In this document: positions 39,899 to 50,210 of the stretch, one piece after another | Layout: the number at the start of each line of letters is the position of its first letter | Numbering within the stretch: the first letter of the stretch is position 1 | NCBI GenBank assembly: GCA_031972475.1 | Contig: DALYEP010000001.1 | Coordinates: forward strand, 543,180-607,179 | Reading direction: 5' to 3' | Source: Candidatus Babeliales bacterium | Lineage (GTDB): Bacteria > Babelota > Babeliae > Babelales > CAIQNR01 | Length of the DNA: 64,000 nt | Notes under the pieces: model-generated | Seen by the model: the letters and a program-made list of their open reading frames with translations, nothing else | Database searches by the model: none | What the model was told of the DNA's origin: nothing | Program-made: the position numbers and the translations under genes

Positions 39899-41004
39899 TA
39901 TATTTTTTTAACCATAACAACATCTACTTTATTTTCAGAGCTACGTTCAAGAATAGCAAGTAGTTTTTGTTCTATTCTACCAACCTTCCCATAACATAAC
40001 ACAGAAAACACCTTAGGCTCAAATTTTGTGCTCAAAAATGGAGTTATTTCAGAAGGTATTGTTTTAAATTCTTTACCATATAATTCTTTTAATGTTGTAT
40101 CCCACATTTGTTCCCATAAAAAATCTTTGAGATTTATCTTTTCAAGCATTGTTTCAATATCTTCTTTTTTTAATTTTTTCTGAATATCAAAGCCTAAAAG
40201 TAATTTTAAAGAATTACTCATCAACCAAGGATCTATATAAAAATTATCTGAATAAGTAGTAAAAAGATCAGTTAAATAAATATCTTGAACATTTTTATTA
40301 TCTTTTATTTTACGATCTAAAGGCTCATAAAAAATATTTTTTGAAAAAAATGAAAAGTTTTTATTCAAAAACAAATCCATTGGAGTTATGTATTTTTGTT
40401 TCTGTTTTTTAAGTGAATTTATAATAATTGTTTCAATATCAACATCTTTAAAAAAATCTCTCATTCTTTCTGATAATACTTTAATCATCCCTTCTGTAGA
40501 TACTTTTGAATTAAGAAGATAAAATGATTTTTTAGAAGAATTATACATTTTATTAATGTTAACTTTTCCATCTTCACAAGTAATACAAATTTTAATAATT
40601 CCATCAAAACCATCTGTTGCATTACTCAAATTAAATTCTTGCCACTGATTATTAACAAGAAGCAATGTTTTGAGTAAATTCTTACGATTTTGCTCTAAAT
40701 CATCTTTTTGAGGATTATTATCCATCAAAGAATTTTCTGATTTTTTTTCTGATGAAACTAAATCTTTAGATTTAGTTTTAGAACTATAAAAATATTTATC
40801 TTGTAAAAGTAATTGAGCCGTAGCAATTGAAATACCAGAAAGTGCCAATTGCTTTGCACGCTCTCGCTCGTACATTAAAGGAACATAAAGATTGTATGCT
40901 CCTCCTAAATAAAAAATTTGAGTAACAATAATAGTCCCAATTGCCAAGACACTCATTGTTAAAAACAAAATATAACCATTTTTTAAATGAAAAAAACGTT
41001 TCAT
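39889..41004 (-). CDS. Putative minor pseudopilin GspK-like protein
   Basis: N-terminal hydrophobic helix and a size of 371 aa. It sits directly after the GspJ-like gene (ATGA overlap), in the canonical gspFGHIJK position. Confidence 0.4.
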   Translation of the reverse strand: MKRFFHLKNGYILFLTMSVLAIGTIIVTQIFYLGGAYNLYVPLMYERERAKQLALSGISIATAQLLLQDKYFYSSKTKSKDLVSSEKKSENSLMDNNPQKDDLEQNRKNLLKTLLLVNNQWQEFNLSNATDGFDGIIKICITCEDGKVNINKMYNSSKKSFYLLNSKVSTEGMIKVLSERMRDFFKDVDIETIIINSLKKQKQKYITPMDLFLNKNFSFFSKNIFYEPLDRKIKDNKNVQDIYLTDLFTTYSDNFYIDPWLMSNSLKLLLGFDIQKKLKKEDIETMLEKINLKDFLWEQMWDTTLKELYGKEFKTIPSEITPFLSTKFEPKVFSVLCYGKVGRIEQKLLAILERSSENKVDVVMVKKIYWL

Positions 41005-42047
41005 TGAGCACCACCTCTTACATCATGAAGCATAGATTGATTATCTTGAAACGCCATTTCATCGCCTTTTTGATCTTTTTTACTAGAAACACCCGTTGAT
41101 GTATTACTTATAATTTTTTGAATATCATATAAAGGAGCAAACCAATACTCATAAGTATGCAACTTTTCAAAACTATCTATAATGGCAATTTTTGCATTAA
41201 TAAAAAATGGTAATTTTTTATTATCATTTTTTTCTAAACTTTTATCTTCGGGATTATTTTTATCATTCTTTTTATTTTCTTTATCTTCTTCACTAACACT
41301 CTTCCATTGATTAAGAACCTCTAGTAAACGTATTTTTGATATATTTTTTTGCTCTTGTTCTTTATGTTTATTACTATCTTTTTCATTTTTTTCATGCTGA
41401 TGATCATCTTTTTTATCTTTATCTTTAGACTCTTTTTTTTCTACTAAAAATTCAACAACAAAGCTTTTTATACCATCTAATACAGGATACTTTTTAACAA
41501 TCGCATCAGATTCAATCATAAATTTTTTAGGATCAAGATTTTCTGACTGTTGGTGCATCAAAATAAATTGTCCTTTTTTTTCAGGATCAGATTGCAAACT
41601 GTACATAACCCTTACCATATAAGTTTGGGGCTCTCCATAAACAGAAATAGGGCTTGTTGTAATGAAAGTAAACATTTTTAAATTACCTAATTCATCAAAC
41701 TCATATTCAAATGGCAAGGGAAATTGATCTTTTTTGCTTTCTTCTTCTTTTTTATTTTTAGAAACCTCAGAAGATTCTTTTTCTACCTTATCTTCTTTTT
41801 TTAATTGATCATCTTCTTGATAAGTATCATCATTCCATGAAAACTCAGGAAAGATTATTCCTGATATTTCACGATCCAATAATTGTTGAACAACCGTCAT
41901 TTTTCGATTTAAACTAGAAGCATTCATTATTCTTTGAAGAACAAAATTGCTTTGAGAAAGAGATTGAAAAAGTATAGCTGTTAAACTAATACTTATAGCC
42001 ATCGCTAAAATAACTTCTAACAAAGAAAAGCCTTTAACGAGTTTCAC
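41001..42047 (-). CDS. Prepilin-type N-terminal protein, GspJ-like minor pseudopilin with a K/E/D-rich low-complexity insert
   Basis: Prepilin motif KGFSLLEVILAMAISI at the N-terminus. Confidence 0.5.
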   Translation of the reverse strand: MKLVKGFSLLEVILAMAISISLTAILFQSLSQSNFVLQRIMNASSLNRKMTVVQQLLDREISGIIFPEFSWNDDTYQEDDQLKKEDKVEKESSEVSKNKKEEESKKDQFPLPFEYEFDELGNLKMFTFITTSPISVYGEPQTYMVRVMYSLQSDPEKKGQFILMHQQSENLDPKKFMIESDAIVKKYPVLDGIKSFVVEFLVEKKESKDKDKKDDHQHEKNEKDSNKHKEQEQKNISKIRLLEVLNQWKSVSEEDKENKKNDKNNPEDKSLEKNDNKKLPFFINAKIAIIDSFEKLHTYEYWFAPLYDIQKIISNTSTGVSSKKDQKGDEMAFQDNQSMLHDVRGGAQ

Positions 42048-42480
42048 TCTTTTTCTCCTCTATCTCAAAACTATAATGATAAAGATCTGCAATTTTTTTT
42101 CTTCCAGTTTCTTCCCAAACAGCAGTTACTCTTTCTTGATACAGACCCTCAAATCTAAAAAGCGTTGAATCTGCCTGCACAGGTATTTTTTCATAAATTA
42201 CTTTTGTTTCTGGATCGATGAATATTTTTTCTATAACGCTGGCATAATCTTTTTGATCGTGATTTTGAGAATCTTCTGAAGCTAATTTTATTTTGGGTAA
42301 TAACATCATATTTTGAAGCAATGATAAACGGTCTATTTTAGATTTATTCACAACAACACGATAAAATACTTTTTGTTGTAATAAAAAAAATGAACTAACA
42401 ACTACAGCGATTATAGCAAGAGCAATAATTGCTTCTATAAAAGAAAATCCCTTATAGAGCTGGTTTTTGAAATGAATCAT
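42034..42480 (-). CDS. Prepilin-type N-terminal protein, GspI-like minor pseudopilin
   Basis: KGFSFIEAIIALAIIAVV motif. 148 aa. Confidence 0.55.
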   Translation of the reverse strand: MIHFKNQLYKGFSFIEAIIALAIIAVVVSSFFLLQQKVFYRVVVNKSKIDRLSLLQNMMLLPKIKLASEDSQNHDQKDYASVIEKIFIDPETKVIYEKIPVQADSTLFRFEGLYQERVTAVWEETGRKKIADLYHYSFEIEEKKSETR

Positions 42481-43048
42481 ACATCACACATTGCGCAATA
42501 AAAGGATTGAGAACAATACCAAACTGCTTACCTTCTTTTTCTGATTGATTTTGAGATTGATCAACAATATTTATAATAACCTCTTGCGACGTTCCTCCTG
42601 GCATAACAAAAAACCAAACATCTTCGGCATTTCTAGAAAGGCCACCTTCTGCTATACGGTCAACTTTTTGAGCATAAAACTGTTGAATATCAAATGCTTC
42701 GGGCCATCTATAAGAATTAGAAGAAAAATATAAAATTAAATGTTCAAATACAGGATTTCTTTCTACATCAAAAGCATCTGTTTGTTTGCTAACATCTATT
42801 TTTCTATTTTTAAGATCAAAGTTAACTTTATGAATTTTATTTGTTTGCAATGCAGATAGCCAAACTTCACTCATAATGCTATTTATTTGCGTAACAAAAG
42901 CCTTACGCTCTTGAGCATCTCTTCTTCCCAATACATTTGGTAATGAAACACCAACAAGTATGCCCACGAGCGCAATAGCTATAATAATTTCTATAAATCC
43001 AAATCCTGGACTATTCCCAAGCAGAAATGCGTTCTTCTTCAGAAGCAT
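42452..43048 (-). CDS. Prepilin-type N-terminal protein, GspH-like pseudopilin
   Basis: PGFGFIEIIIAIALVGILV motif. Start moved to the internal Met (MLLKKNAFLLGNSPGFGFIE) to give a normal-length leader. The longest ORF (to 43138) would overlap gspG by 128 nt. Confidence 0.5.
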   Translation of the reverse strand: MLLKKNAFLLGNSPGFGFIEIIIAIALVGILVGVSLPNVLGRRDAQERKAFVTQINSIMSEVWLSALQTNKIHKVNFDLKNRKIDVSKQTDAFDVERNPVFEHLILYFSSNSYRWPEAFDIQQFYAQKVDRIAEGGLSRNAEDVWFFVMPGGTSQEVIINIVDQSQNQSEKEGKQFGIVLNPFIAQCVMYDSFQKPAL

Positions 43049-43433
43049 CTTCGCCCTTTGGCCCAAAAGAATAAAGTTCATAAGGATGTTCACTTTGTGG
43101 AGTTCTTTCATACTGGAAGTCATGATTCCATTGATCAAGCTTTAATTTATCAATATAAGGCGCAACCCACTTAGAAGCCATACGCTCATCATCTGGCTTT
43201 TCAATAAGATCATTAAGATCATTTGGATAACTGCCAGTATCAGCATAAAATGTATCAATCGATTGTTTAAATGCATGAAGATCTAATTTTGTTGAATCTA
43301 TCTTACTTTTATTTAAACGACTCATTAAATTAGGAACTGCAACACCAAGCATTATTGCTATTATTGCAATAGTAATAACAATTTCTATAAAACCAAACCC
43401 AGAACGTAGAGACTTTTTAATATCATTATTCAT
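43011..43433 (-). CDS. gspG: Type II secretion major pseudopilin GspG
   Basis: SGFGFIEIVITIAIIAIMLGVAVP prepilin N-terminus, plus YADTGSYPN, VAPYIDK, DQWNHDFQYERT and ELYSFGPKGED. These match the GspG conserved blocks (dnGrYPt, GPYl, DPWGnpY.Y, dLySlGaDG). Confidence 0.8.
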   Translation of the reverse strand: MNNDIKKSLRSGFGFIEIVITIAIIAIMLGVAVPNLMSRLNKSKIDSTKLDLHAFKQSIDTFYADTGSYPNDLNDLIEKPDDERMASKWVAPYIDKLKLDQWNHDFQYERTPQSEHPYELYSFGPKGEDASEEERISAWE

Positions 43434-43452
43434 AAAAACCTTTCGTAAATAC

Positions 43453-44667
43453 TTATTTAACCATATTGCTCATTTCTATAATAGGCATCATTATCCCAAG
43501 AACTATAAATCCTACAATTACTGCTGTTGCAAAGGTCATAACAGGACTTAATAATGTTGTTAAAGTATCAGCATATTCCGTTAAATCTTTCTCATACGTA
43601 TCTCCAACACTAATAAGCATTGCATCTAACTTTCCTGTTTCTTCTCCAGTGCTTATCAAATAAGTAGCCATTGGAGGAAATATACCAGTTTGCTTAAGAT
43701 ATTGTGCTATTTTACCTTGTTTTATAATTTTTTCTCGTGCTTCTTTTAAAGATTCTTTAAGAACCATATTATCTACAATGTTGCACACTATATCTAACGC
43801 TTCAGAAAGATTAACGCCTGCCTCCAAAAGCATTCCTAATGTTTTTGAAAATTGAACGATTGCTCCAATTTTTGTAAAAGATTGAACAATAGGCATTTTC
43901 AATTTAAAACGATCAAACATAAGCGCTCCATCTTTTGTTGATTTCCAATACAAGAAAAAAATAACAAATAAAAAGATGCTCATTATTATTATAAAATAAT
44001 GATTTAAAATTGCCTTAGATGCCGCAACTAAAACTACAGTTGCAAAAGGTAGATTACCACCCTGACTTTCAAAAATACCCATTAACTTAGGAACTATCCC
44101 CGTCATTAATCCAAGAGTTACCAATAATATTGCTCCTAATTGAATCAGAGGCATACGAACAGCATCTATAATTTTATTACGTAGTTCTTCACTGCGCTCA
44201 AGATACTGTGTTAAACGATCAAGAATAGTCTCTAACTTTCCACTTGCTTCACCAGCTCGAACAAGTTGAACATAGAAGTTTTCAAAATCATGAGGATAAT
44301 TTTTCATGCCATCAGCTAAAGATTGCCCCTCTTTAAGTCCATCTTTAAGAGAAACAATAATACGATGCATGCGCCCTTGAAACTGTTCTATTAATAATTC
44401 AATAGAGGGCAACAAAGGCACTCCTGAACGCAACAAAACGCACAATTGTTTTGTAAATAATATTTTTTCTTTTACTGATATTGAACGAGAAAACAATCTT
44501 TGAAAAAAGTTTTCTGATTGAGTTGCTTTATGAGCAGCAATAATTGAATAGGCAAGAAATCCTTTTCGTTGAAGCAATTCACGAACAGCCCCTTCTGAAG
44601 GAGCGTCCATTGAACCTGTTACTTTTTTACCATCACGAGAAAACGCTTGGTACACATACAAAGCCAT
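43453..44667 (-). CDS. gspF: Type II secretion/type IV pilus inner-membrane platform protein (GspF/PilC family)
   Basis: 404 aa with the duplicated GspF domain architecture: three TM segments and two cytoplasmic repeats. Confidence 0.8.
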   Translation of the reverse strand: MALYVYQAFSRDGKKVTGSMDAPSEGAVRELLQRKGFLAYSIIAAHKATQSENFFQRLFSRSISVKEKILFTKQLCVLLRSGVPLLPSIELLIEQFQGRMHRIIVSLKDGLKEGQSLADGMKNYPHDFENFYVQLVRAGEASGKLETILDRLTQYLERSEELRNKIIDAVRMPLIQLGAILLVTLGLMTGIVPKLMGIFESQGGNLPFATVVLVAASKAILNHYFIIIMSIFLFVIFFLYWKSTKDGALMFDRFKLKMPIVQSFTKIGAIVQFSKTLGMLLEAGVNLSEALDIVCNIVDNMVLKESLKEAREKIIKQGKIAQYLKQTGIFPPMATYLISTGEETGKLDAMLISVGDTYEKDLTEYADTLTTLLSPVMTFATAVIVGFIVLGIMMPIIEMSNMVK

Positions 44668-44742
44668 TATTTTACCTTTGTTATATCAATTATCTTGCTT
44701 AAATCTATGAAATATTATTCATAAAACAAAAGCTTGTACTAA

Positions 44743-45729
44743 TCAATAATTGATTTGCTTATAGAGTTTTATATCTCTCATGATACGGTTCTCTTTTGAT
44801 TCTGTAGCTAAAATTTTTTTATTAATTTTTTCTAAATTAACAATATACTGTTCGGGATCATTATATTGAATTTCTAAAATTTCTTTCTTACTAGATTTTT
44901 CATTTCTCAATACTTCTTGGTTTTTTTCATATGCTGTTTCTTTTATTTTTTGTTTTTCCTCAGGAGAACTTTTTTGATATATTTCAATTCTTTTTTCTAA
45001 AGCATCTTTTTCTGATTTTAACTTTTGAAGATTATTTTGAACAAGATTTAAATCATTCCTTAGATTTTCAAAAAGTTTATCTCCTAGAGGACCAACATCA
45101 TCATCCTTAATTTCATTTTTTTTCTTTATAAATTTATTTTTTATAACATTTGCACTATGTAAAAAACCTCTTCCTAAAACCTTAAAAACATCTCCTGCGT
45201 TTCTTGTATAATAAGCACTTTTTTCAAACACTTCTTTTGGTTTAAAGTTATTTAATTTTTGAATCATATTACTATTGCTTTCTAACAATAAATCATGTTT
45301 ATTTTTTTCAAAAAGAGGAAACGGTCCTTTAAAAATTTCTTCATGACCAGTTACATTAATAGGAAGATCTTTGTCTTCGTATCTATAACCATACCGTTGC
45401 TCCAGATTAAGCTTATTATTATAAATCTCTTCTCTTATATTATCTTTTTGTCTTTTACTTACCAAACCATAACTTAGAGGTTTATCTGATACAAGCTGAG
45501 ATTTGAATGTATTTTCTCTCTCTTTTTTTAAATCATTATACGTTTCTTTAAATGCTTTAGTTGCTGTTTTTAAAGGAGCAACAATCTTTGTTCCAATATT
45601 TTTAACACTTTGGCCAACTTTACTTGAAAGCAACGGCCTAGAAAAAGCAAAAATAGACATTTGAATAGTTAAAAAAATAAAAAATATAACTTTTTTAAAA
45701 AAATTTTTAATTAACAATTTAGTCATCAT
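44743..45729 (-). CDS. Secreted coiled-coil protein, function unknown
   Basis: A signal peptide followed by K/E-rich heptad-like sequence. Confidence 0.4.
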   Translation of the reverse strand: MMTKLLIKNFFKKVIFFIFLTIQMSIFAFSRPLLSSKVGQSVKNIGTKIVAPLKTATKAFKETYNDLKKERENTFKSQLVSDKPLSYGLVSKRQKDNIREEIYNNKLNLEQRYGYRYEDKDLPINVTGHEEIFKGPFPLFEKNKHDLLLESNSNMIQKLNNFKPKEVFEKSAYYTRNAGDVFKVLGRGFLHSANVIKNKFIKKKNEIKDDDVGPLGDKLFENLRNDLNLVQNNLQKLKSEKDALEKRIEIYQKSSPEEKQKIKETAYEKNQEVLRNEKSSKKEILEIQYNDPEQYIVNLEKINKKILATESKENRIMRDIKLYKQINY

Positions 45730-45838
45730 TTTCCTTTTTTTATAAAAAAACAGTTAATAGTTTATTTTAAATTTAAAACAAACTATTAACTGTAAATTAC
45801 ATAATTACATTTTTCAAAACATTAAAAAACAAAAAAAA

Positions 45839-46588
45839 TTAATTATTATCTTTTTTATTAAGCTGAGCCTTCCTTTCTTCTCTTTCTTTTCTTTCTTCTC
45901 TTTCTTTTCTTTCTTCTCTTTCTTTTCTTTCTTCTCTTTCTTTTCTTTCTTCTTTTTCTTTTCTCTTACGATCTCCTTGGGTCATTTTTTTTCCAATAGA
46001 AATAGAATTAGCTAGTAAATTTTTAGAGCAGCTATTATTGTTGGTGATGCTATTTTCATCAAATAATGGATACATTGTAACAAACTCAAGGCCTTTTGAA
46101 ATAACTTTGCTTCTATACGGCATTTTTTGACTAGAACGAACAGTCACACTACAAGGCTTTTCTTTTTTAACACCGTTTTTTTGTAAAAAACTACTTACAC
46201 CATTTAAAACATTTTCTAACTGACTTTTTGTACAAGTTGCAGGAAATACTGTTTTTTTAAAATCGCCTATTATTAGGGAAGAAAAAAGCACACGTCTTAC
46301 CTTATTACCATCCTCTTCAACTCTTAATACGTCAAAGTTATTTCCATCTATCATAATGCTACTGTTCTTAAAAGAATCGTCGGGAAAAAAATGCGCTCCT
46401 TTTAAATTTCCCCCACATACAACTCCATCAATATGCTTAAATAAATTGCTACTATCTACATTATTATTTGTTTCTTCGCCTTGAATATCAATTGAACCAA
46501 ACGAAGTAACCGATTCAGACCTATTTTTACTACTTGTTTTAATTGAAGACATGTGCAATAAAATAAATAAAAAAAATATAACCATCAA
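45839..46588 (-). CDS. Secreted protein with a C-terminal (EREERK)n repeat
   Basis: The signal peptide and globular part are followed by ERKEREERKEREERK... Confidence 0.45.
   Translation of the reverse strand: MMVIFFLFILLHMSSIKTSSKNRSESVTSFGSIDIQGEETNNNVDSSNLFKHIDGVVCGGNLKGAHFFPDDSFKNSSIMIDGNNFDVLRVEEDGNKVRRVLFSSLIIGDFKKTVFPATCTKSQLENVLNGVSSFLQKNGVKKEKPCSVTVRSSQKMPYRSKVISKGLEFVTMYPLFDENSITNNNSCSKNLLANSISIGKKMTQGDRKRKEKEERKEREERKEREERKEREERKEREERKAQLNKKDNN
45871..45962. repeat. About 5 copies of an 18-nt tandem repeat (TTCTCTTTCTTTTCTTTC on the plus strand) encoding EREERK units
   Basis: Read directly. Confidence 0.8.
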
Positions 46589-46675
46589 AAAATTCCTTAA
46601 TTAAAAACTATTAAATAAATAAAGGTTCTTTTAAAAGAACCTTTATTTATCTTTTAAAATATAAATTTCTAAAAA

Positions 46676-47572
46676 TCACTCATTTAAAAAATCAGAATAA
46701 TACTTAACAATTGGACTTCCTAAATGATATTCCAAAACGTCTTGCCACAAATTCCAATGCCATCCTCCAAAAATAATAACTACTGTTTCGTACTTAAGAA
46801 GCGATGAAAACAATAATTGCAAAGCGCATTGATCTCTAAAATATATATGATCAAAAAACATAATATTATGTTTTTCAAAATTTAAGAATTCTACAATTCC
46901 CTCAAACGGAATATCTTGTTTAATAGATAAATTTCTTTCAACAAATTTTTTTATAATAAAATCATATTGAAATTTATAAAAAACAGAAAAGCCTAAATAT
47001 GGAGCAGCCAAAGAAACTCCATAAGAAAAAATATCCTTTTCTGTATAACCATTATCTTTAAATCTTTCTAAAGTTTCTTGATAGGACAAATCTGCACATT
47101 CAACATGATGACCCTTCTTTCTTCCCAAATAAGCAGCAAAACTCATTTCTGTAAATAAAGGCTTTTTTATTAAAGACTTTATTTTTTGAGTAAAAGATGG
47201 TTCATACAAAGATTTTGCACAATCTATAATAAAATCCATATCAGCCTGTTTGCCAATATACAACTGCGATAAAAAAGAAGCTTCTTCAATAAGAACGGCT
47301 GATTTTTCTGGCAAACTATCAATCAACTTACAAGCCATTTTAAATGGAATTCCATCTTGATATGTTGTATGTAAAGTTCCAAATACCTTAACAGTCTTTC
47401 CTGCATACAAACCTTCTGTTGGGCAATATTCTGCAATAAATGCACCTTGTTGTTTTAAATCAGTATTCATCGATTGAAAAGTGCTAACTTTATCAATTTT
47501 GCGTAATTTAGAAATATCTACCGATTTCAATTGCAAGAAAATAGCAAGCATTAATAATATTTTTTTAAACAT
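46676..47572 (-). CDS. Hypothetical secreted protein
   Basis: Signal peptide MFKKILLMLAIFLQL. No family recognised. Confidence 0.4.
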   Translation of the reverse strand: MFKKILLMLAIFLQLKSVDISKLRKIDKVSTFQSMNTDLKQQGAFIAEYCPTEGLYAGKTVKVFGTLHTTYQDGIPFKMACKLIDSLPEKSAVLIEEASFLSQLYIGKQADMDFIIDCAKSLYEPSFTQKIKSLIKKPLFTEMSFAAYLGRKKGHHVECADLSYQETLERFKDNGYTEKDIFSYGVSLAAPYLGFSVFYKFQYDFIIKKFVERNLSIKQDIPFEGIVEFLNFEKHNIMFFDHIYFRDQCALQLLFSSLLKYETVVIIFGGWHWNLWQDVLEYHLGSPIVKYYSDFLNE

Positions 47573-47804
47573 AAAAACTTTCTTTCATTATTTTTAAAAG
47601 ATATTTTAATAGTATACTTTTTATCATAAAAATGACAAATATGCATAATTTAGGCTAGAACATTTACAAAAAGCATTTTTATACAAAAAAATTAAATCGT
47701 AAAAATACAAAAAATGAGATATTGCCTGAGTAAAAATATCATACTACTATTAAGAATAATACCTTATTATTTTAGCGTATTATTACAAAAGCAAGGAGCT
47801 TTTT

Positions 47805-48953
47805 ATGAATAAAAAATTATATTTTTTATTTTTTAATTTTTTTTATTTTATAAATCAAAATAAAGCAGCAAATAATATCATTAATCAAAATGCAGATGAC
47901 GATGTAGAATACATGGTCTCAAAAAAAGAATCGGCAAGAAAAAAAAGAAAGCGAGAAAAAGAGCAACTTCAAGCAGCTCTTGAGGCAAAACAAGAATTTG
48001 AAGATGCGGAAAAACTCTCTTTTGATGGCGACACCATACCAGTTATGACAATAAAACATTCATCTGCCGCTCAAAACGAAAAAAAAGTTTCTTTTTTTTG
48101 CTATCCACTTGTTTTTACCGATGAAGGAATCTCATCATTTTTTAACCATAGTTTTAATAGAGAAGAATATGGAAAAGAATTTTTACCTCATAATTTAGGA
48201 CACTTAGGTCAAATTATTCGCCATGGGCAATCACATGGACTTTCTAAAGAATTTACAGAAGGCGCATTTCGCCTATTTCATCAAAAGTTAAAATCTTGTC
48301 CTTATGTAAGTGCGCCTGCAATAGAATTATTTCTTAATGAAAACACACCGTATCTTGAGTTACAACTTGCAAAACAAGAATTTGGATTATGGAAAGAGAT
48401 AAAAGACCTTCTTATTGAGAGATTTAAATCACAATTTTCATTCTTACAAGACAACCCTCTTGGTTTTTTTGATTATGTGGCAAAAGAACTCGATGAAAAA
48501 ATTAATACAAATGTCATATCACCAGAACGAGCAAGAGCAACACTTGTAAGATTTTTAAACAGCGCACTTGATAAAATAATTTGGTCTCCAGACGATCAAG
48601 AAAAAACTTGGGAATCTTTTAAAAAAATAGGAAATTCATTGCACTATCTTCATACTGCTCAAGTTATACCAGACCATCTTGATATTAATGATCTTTATTG
48701 GTCACTTATTGAAAGATATTGTTATTTTTTAGAACTTGTAGGAACTAAACTCAATTTAGAAACATGCCAACTCATGAAACATGATTTAGCAGAGAAAAAA
48801 ATAGATTGGCTCTTAATTTCTGAACAAGAAAAAGGAATAACTACAAAACTAGAAAAAATTGCCCATGCAATACTAGAAACAGAAACACGTATAATTGCAA
48901 AAAATAACGGGATTTTTACAGAGAAATATTTATTAAATTCTCAGCAACCTTAA
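47805..48953 (+). CDS. Hypothetical secreted protein
   Basis: Signal-like N-terminus, followed by a KKRKREKEQ basic stretch. Confidence 0.4.
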   Translation: MNKKLYFLFFNFFYFINQNKAANNIINQNADDDVEYMVSKKESARKKRKREKEQLQAALEAKQEFEDAEKLSFDGDTIPVMTIKHSSAAQNEKKVSFFCYPLVFTDEGISSFFNHSFNREEYGKEFLPHNLGHLGQIIRHGQSHGLSKEFTEGAFRLFHQKLKSCPYVSAPAIELFLNENTPYLELQLAKQEFGLWKEIKDLLIERFKSQFSFLQDNPLGFFDYVAKELDEKINTNVISPERARATLVRFLNSALDKIIWSPDDQEKTWESFKKIGNSLHYLHTAQVIPDHLDINDLYWSLIERYCYFLELVGTKLNLETCQLMKHDLAEKKIDWLLISEQEKGITTKLEKIAHAILETETRIIAKNNGIFTEKYLLNSQQP

Positions 48954-48966
48954 TTATTAACACTCA

Positions 48967-50205
48967 TTAAAAATGAACTGCTATGTCAAACCCAATGCTT
49001 GTTGCATTTAAAGATCTCTTTCCATTAAATGGCACTTGAATAAATCCAGAAATGATAGGAGAAATCATACCCCGACTGCCCTGATTGTCATAACGAATTT
49101 GGAAAAAAGCACTATGATTTGTCCACTCCTTTAATGATGCCGCTTTATTTGCAATAGTATAAGAGTACGAGTTACCCAAAATATACAACTTATCACTACC
49201 ATGCTTTGTATGAAGATATGCCAATCTGCATGTCATCTTATTAGTTAATTGAGGTTCTAAATACAGATTAAACATTTGAGTTATACCATATTCTTTGCGA
49301 GAAGGAGCTTTTTGTAAAAGTAAAAAATCCGTTTGAGCCGGATTTGTAACAATCCTTCTATCTTTTGTATGATTAAAAATAGTTTCAAAAGAAATATCCA
49401 CACCAGCTCTTAAAAATTTTTTAAACTTTAAATCTATACCCGCTCCAAAAGGAATTGCCCAAGCTCCATCATTACCAAAAGCAAATGAGAATGCCATATC
49501 TTCATCTTTTTGCTTACCCGTTGGAATAGAAACGCCAAGCCTAGCATTTACCGCAACCTCTTTTAACCACTCTTTTTCCTGTAAAAAAACACGTTCCCAA
49601 TGAAGATATGCAAGTGTATCACCCATCCCTCTTGCAGACCAATCACATAAACGCAAGTCTCCAAATTGCTGAACATTACTCATCAAATTGTTAGTCAAAA
49701 GTTCTTTAGTCAGCCTATCGTCTAAAGTAACTTCCTGAGTAAGATCAACCCACGAAGTGTTACTAATTTTTGCTCCAATAAAAGGAGCCCTTACACGAAA
49801 AAACCACTCATCAAAAATATGATAACTATAACTAAAAATAGCATATTCAAATGAATAATTTCCCGTAACTTTAAAATGCCCTCTAATTCCATTATCATCA
49901 TCAATATTAATTTGCTGCGCTATTTGATCTTCTACCGATCCAACAGCAAAACTCTTAAGCATTGCTAAAGCATCTTGTGTTGATTGTAGATATTGCAAAG
50001 GATTAACTTTATCACCATTGCTATTTCTACCCTGACCATTAAAACCAAAACTTGGAATCACTAGTAATTCATGTTTTTTAACACATTGGAGATAAGATCT
50101 AAAATTAATATCAAATAATTGCTGTCCTAAAACCGAACTAGCAGATAAAGATAAGCTAGAAAAGATTATAGATATTATTACTATTTTTTTCATGTCAATA
50201 CTCAT
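48967..50205 (-). CDS. Putative outer-membrane beta-barrel protein
   Basis: Signal peptide, alternating amphipathic strands and a C-terminal aromatic residue (..DIAVHF). It lies 5 nt downstream of the 961-aa gene. Confidence 0.5.
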   Translation of the reverse strand: MSIDMKKIVIISIIFSSLSLSASSVLGQQLFDINFRSYLQCVKKHELLVIPSFGFNGQGRNSNGDKVNPLQYLQSTQDALAMLKSFAVGSVEDQIAQQINIDDDNGIRGHFKVTGNYSFEYAIFSYSYHIFDEWFFRVRAPFIGAKISNTSWVDLTQEVTLDDRLTKELLTNNLMSNVQQFGDLRLCDWSARGMGDTLAYLHWERVFLQEKEWLKEVAVNARLGVSIPTGKQKDEDMAFSFAFGNDGAWAIPFGAGIDLKFKKFLRAGVDISFETIFNHTKDRRIVTNPAQTDFLLLQKAPSRKEYGITQMFNLYLEPQLTNKMTCRLAYLHTKHGSDKLYILGNSYSYTIANKAASLKEWTNHSAFFQIRYDNQGSRGMISPIISGFIQVPFNGKRSLNATSIGFDIAVHF

Positions 50206-50210
50206 TTTTA

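Noticed and set aside
43011-43138. A 128-nt overlap between the gspG ORF and the next pseudopilin ORF in the six-frame track
   Set aside because: It is an artefact of the longest-ORF convention. The downstream gene most likely starts at an internal Met (43048), which gives a normal prepilin leader before GFGFIE.
45871-45962. A block of short direct repeats that at first glance resembles a CRISPR array
   Set aside because: The repeats are contiguous 18-nt units with no spacers, lie entirely inside an ORF and are in frame (EREERK). No cas genes are present. The window contains no CRISPR array.
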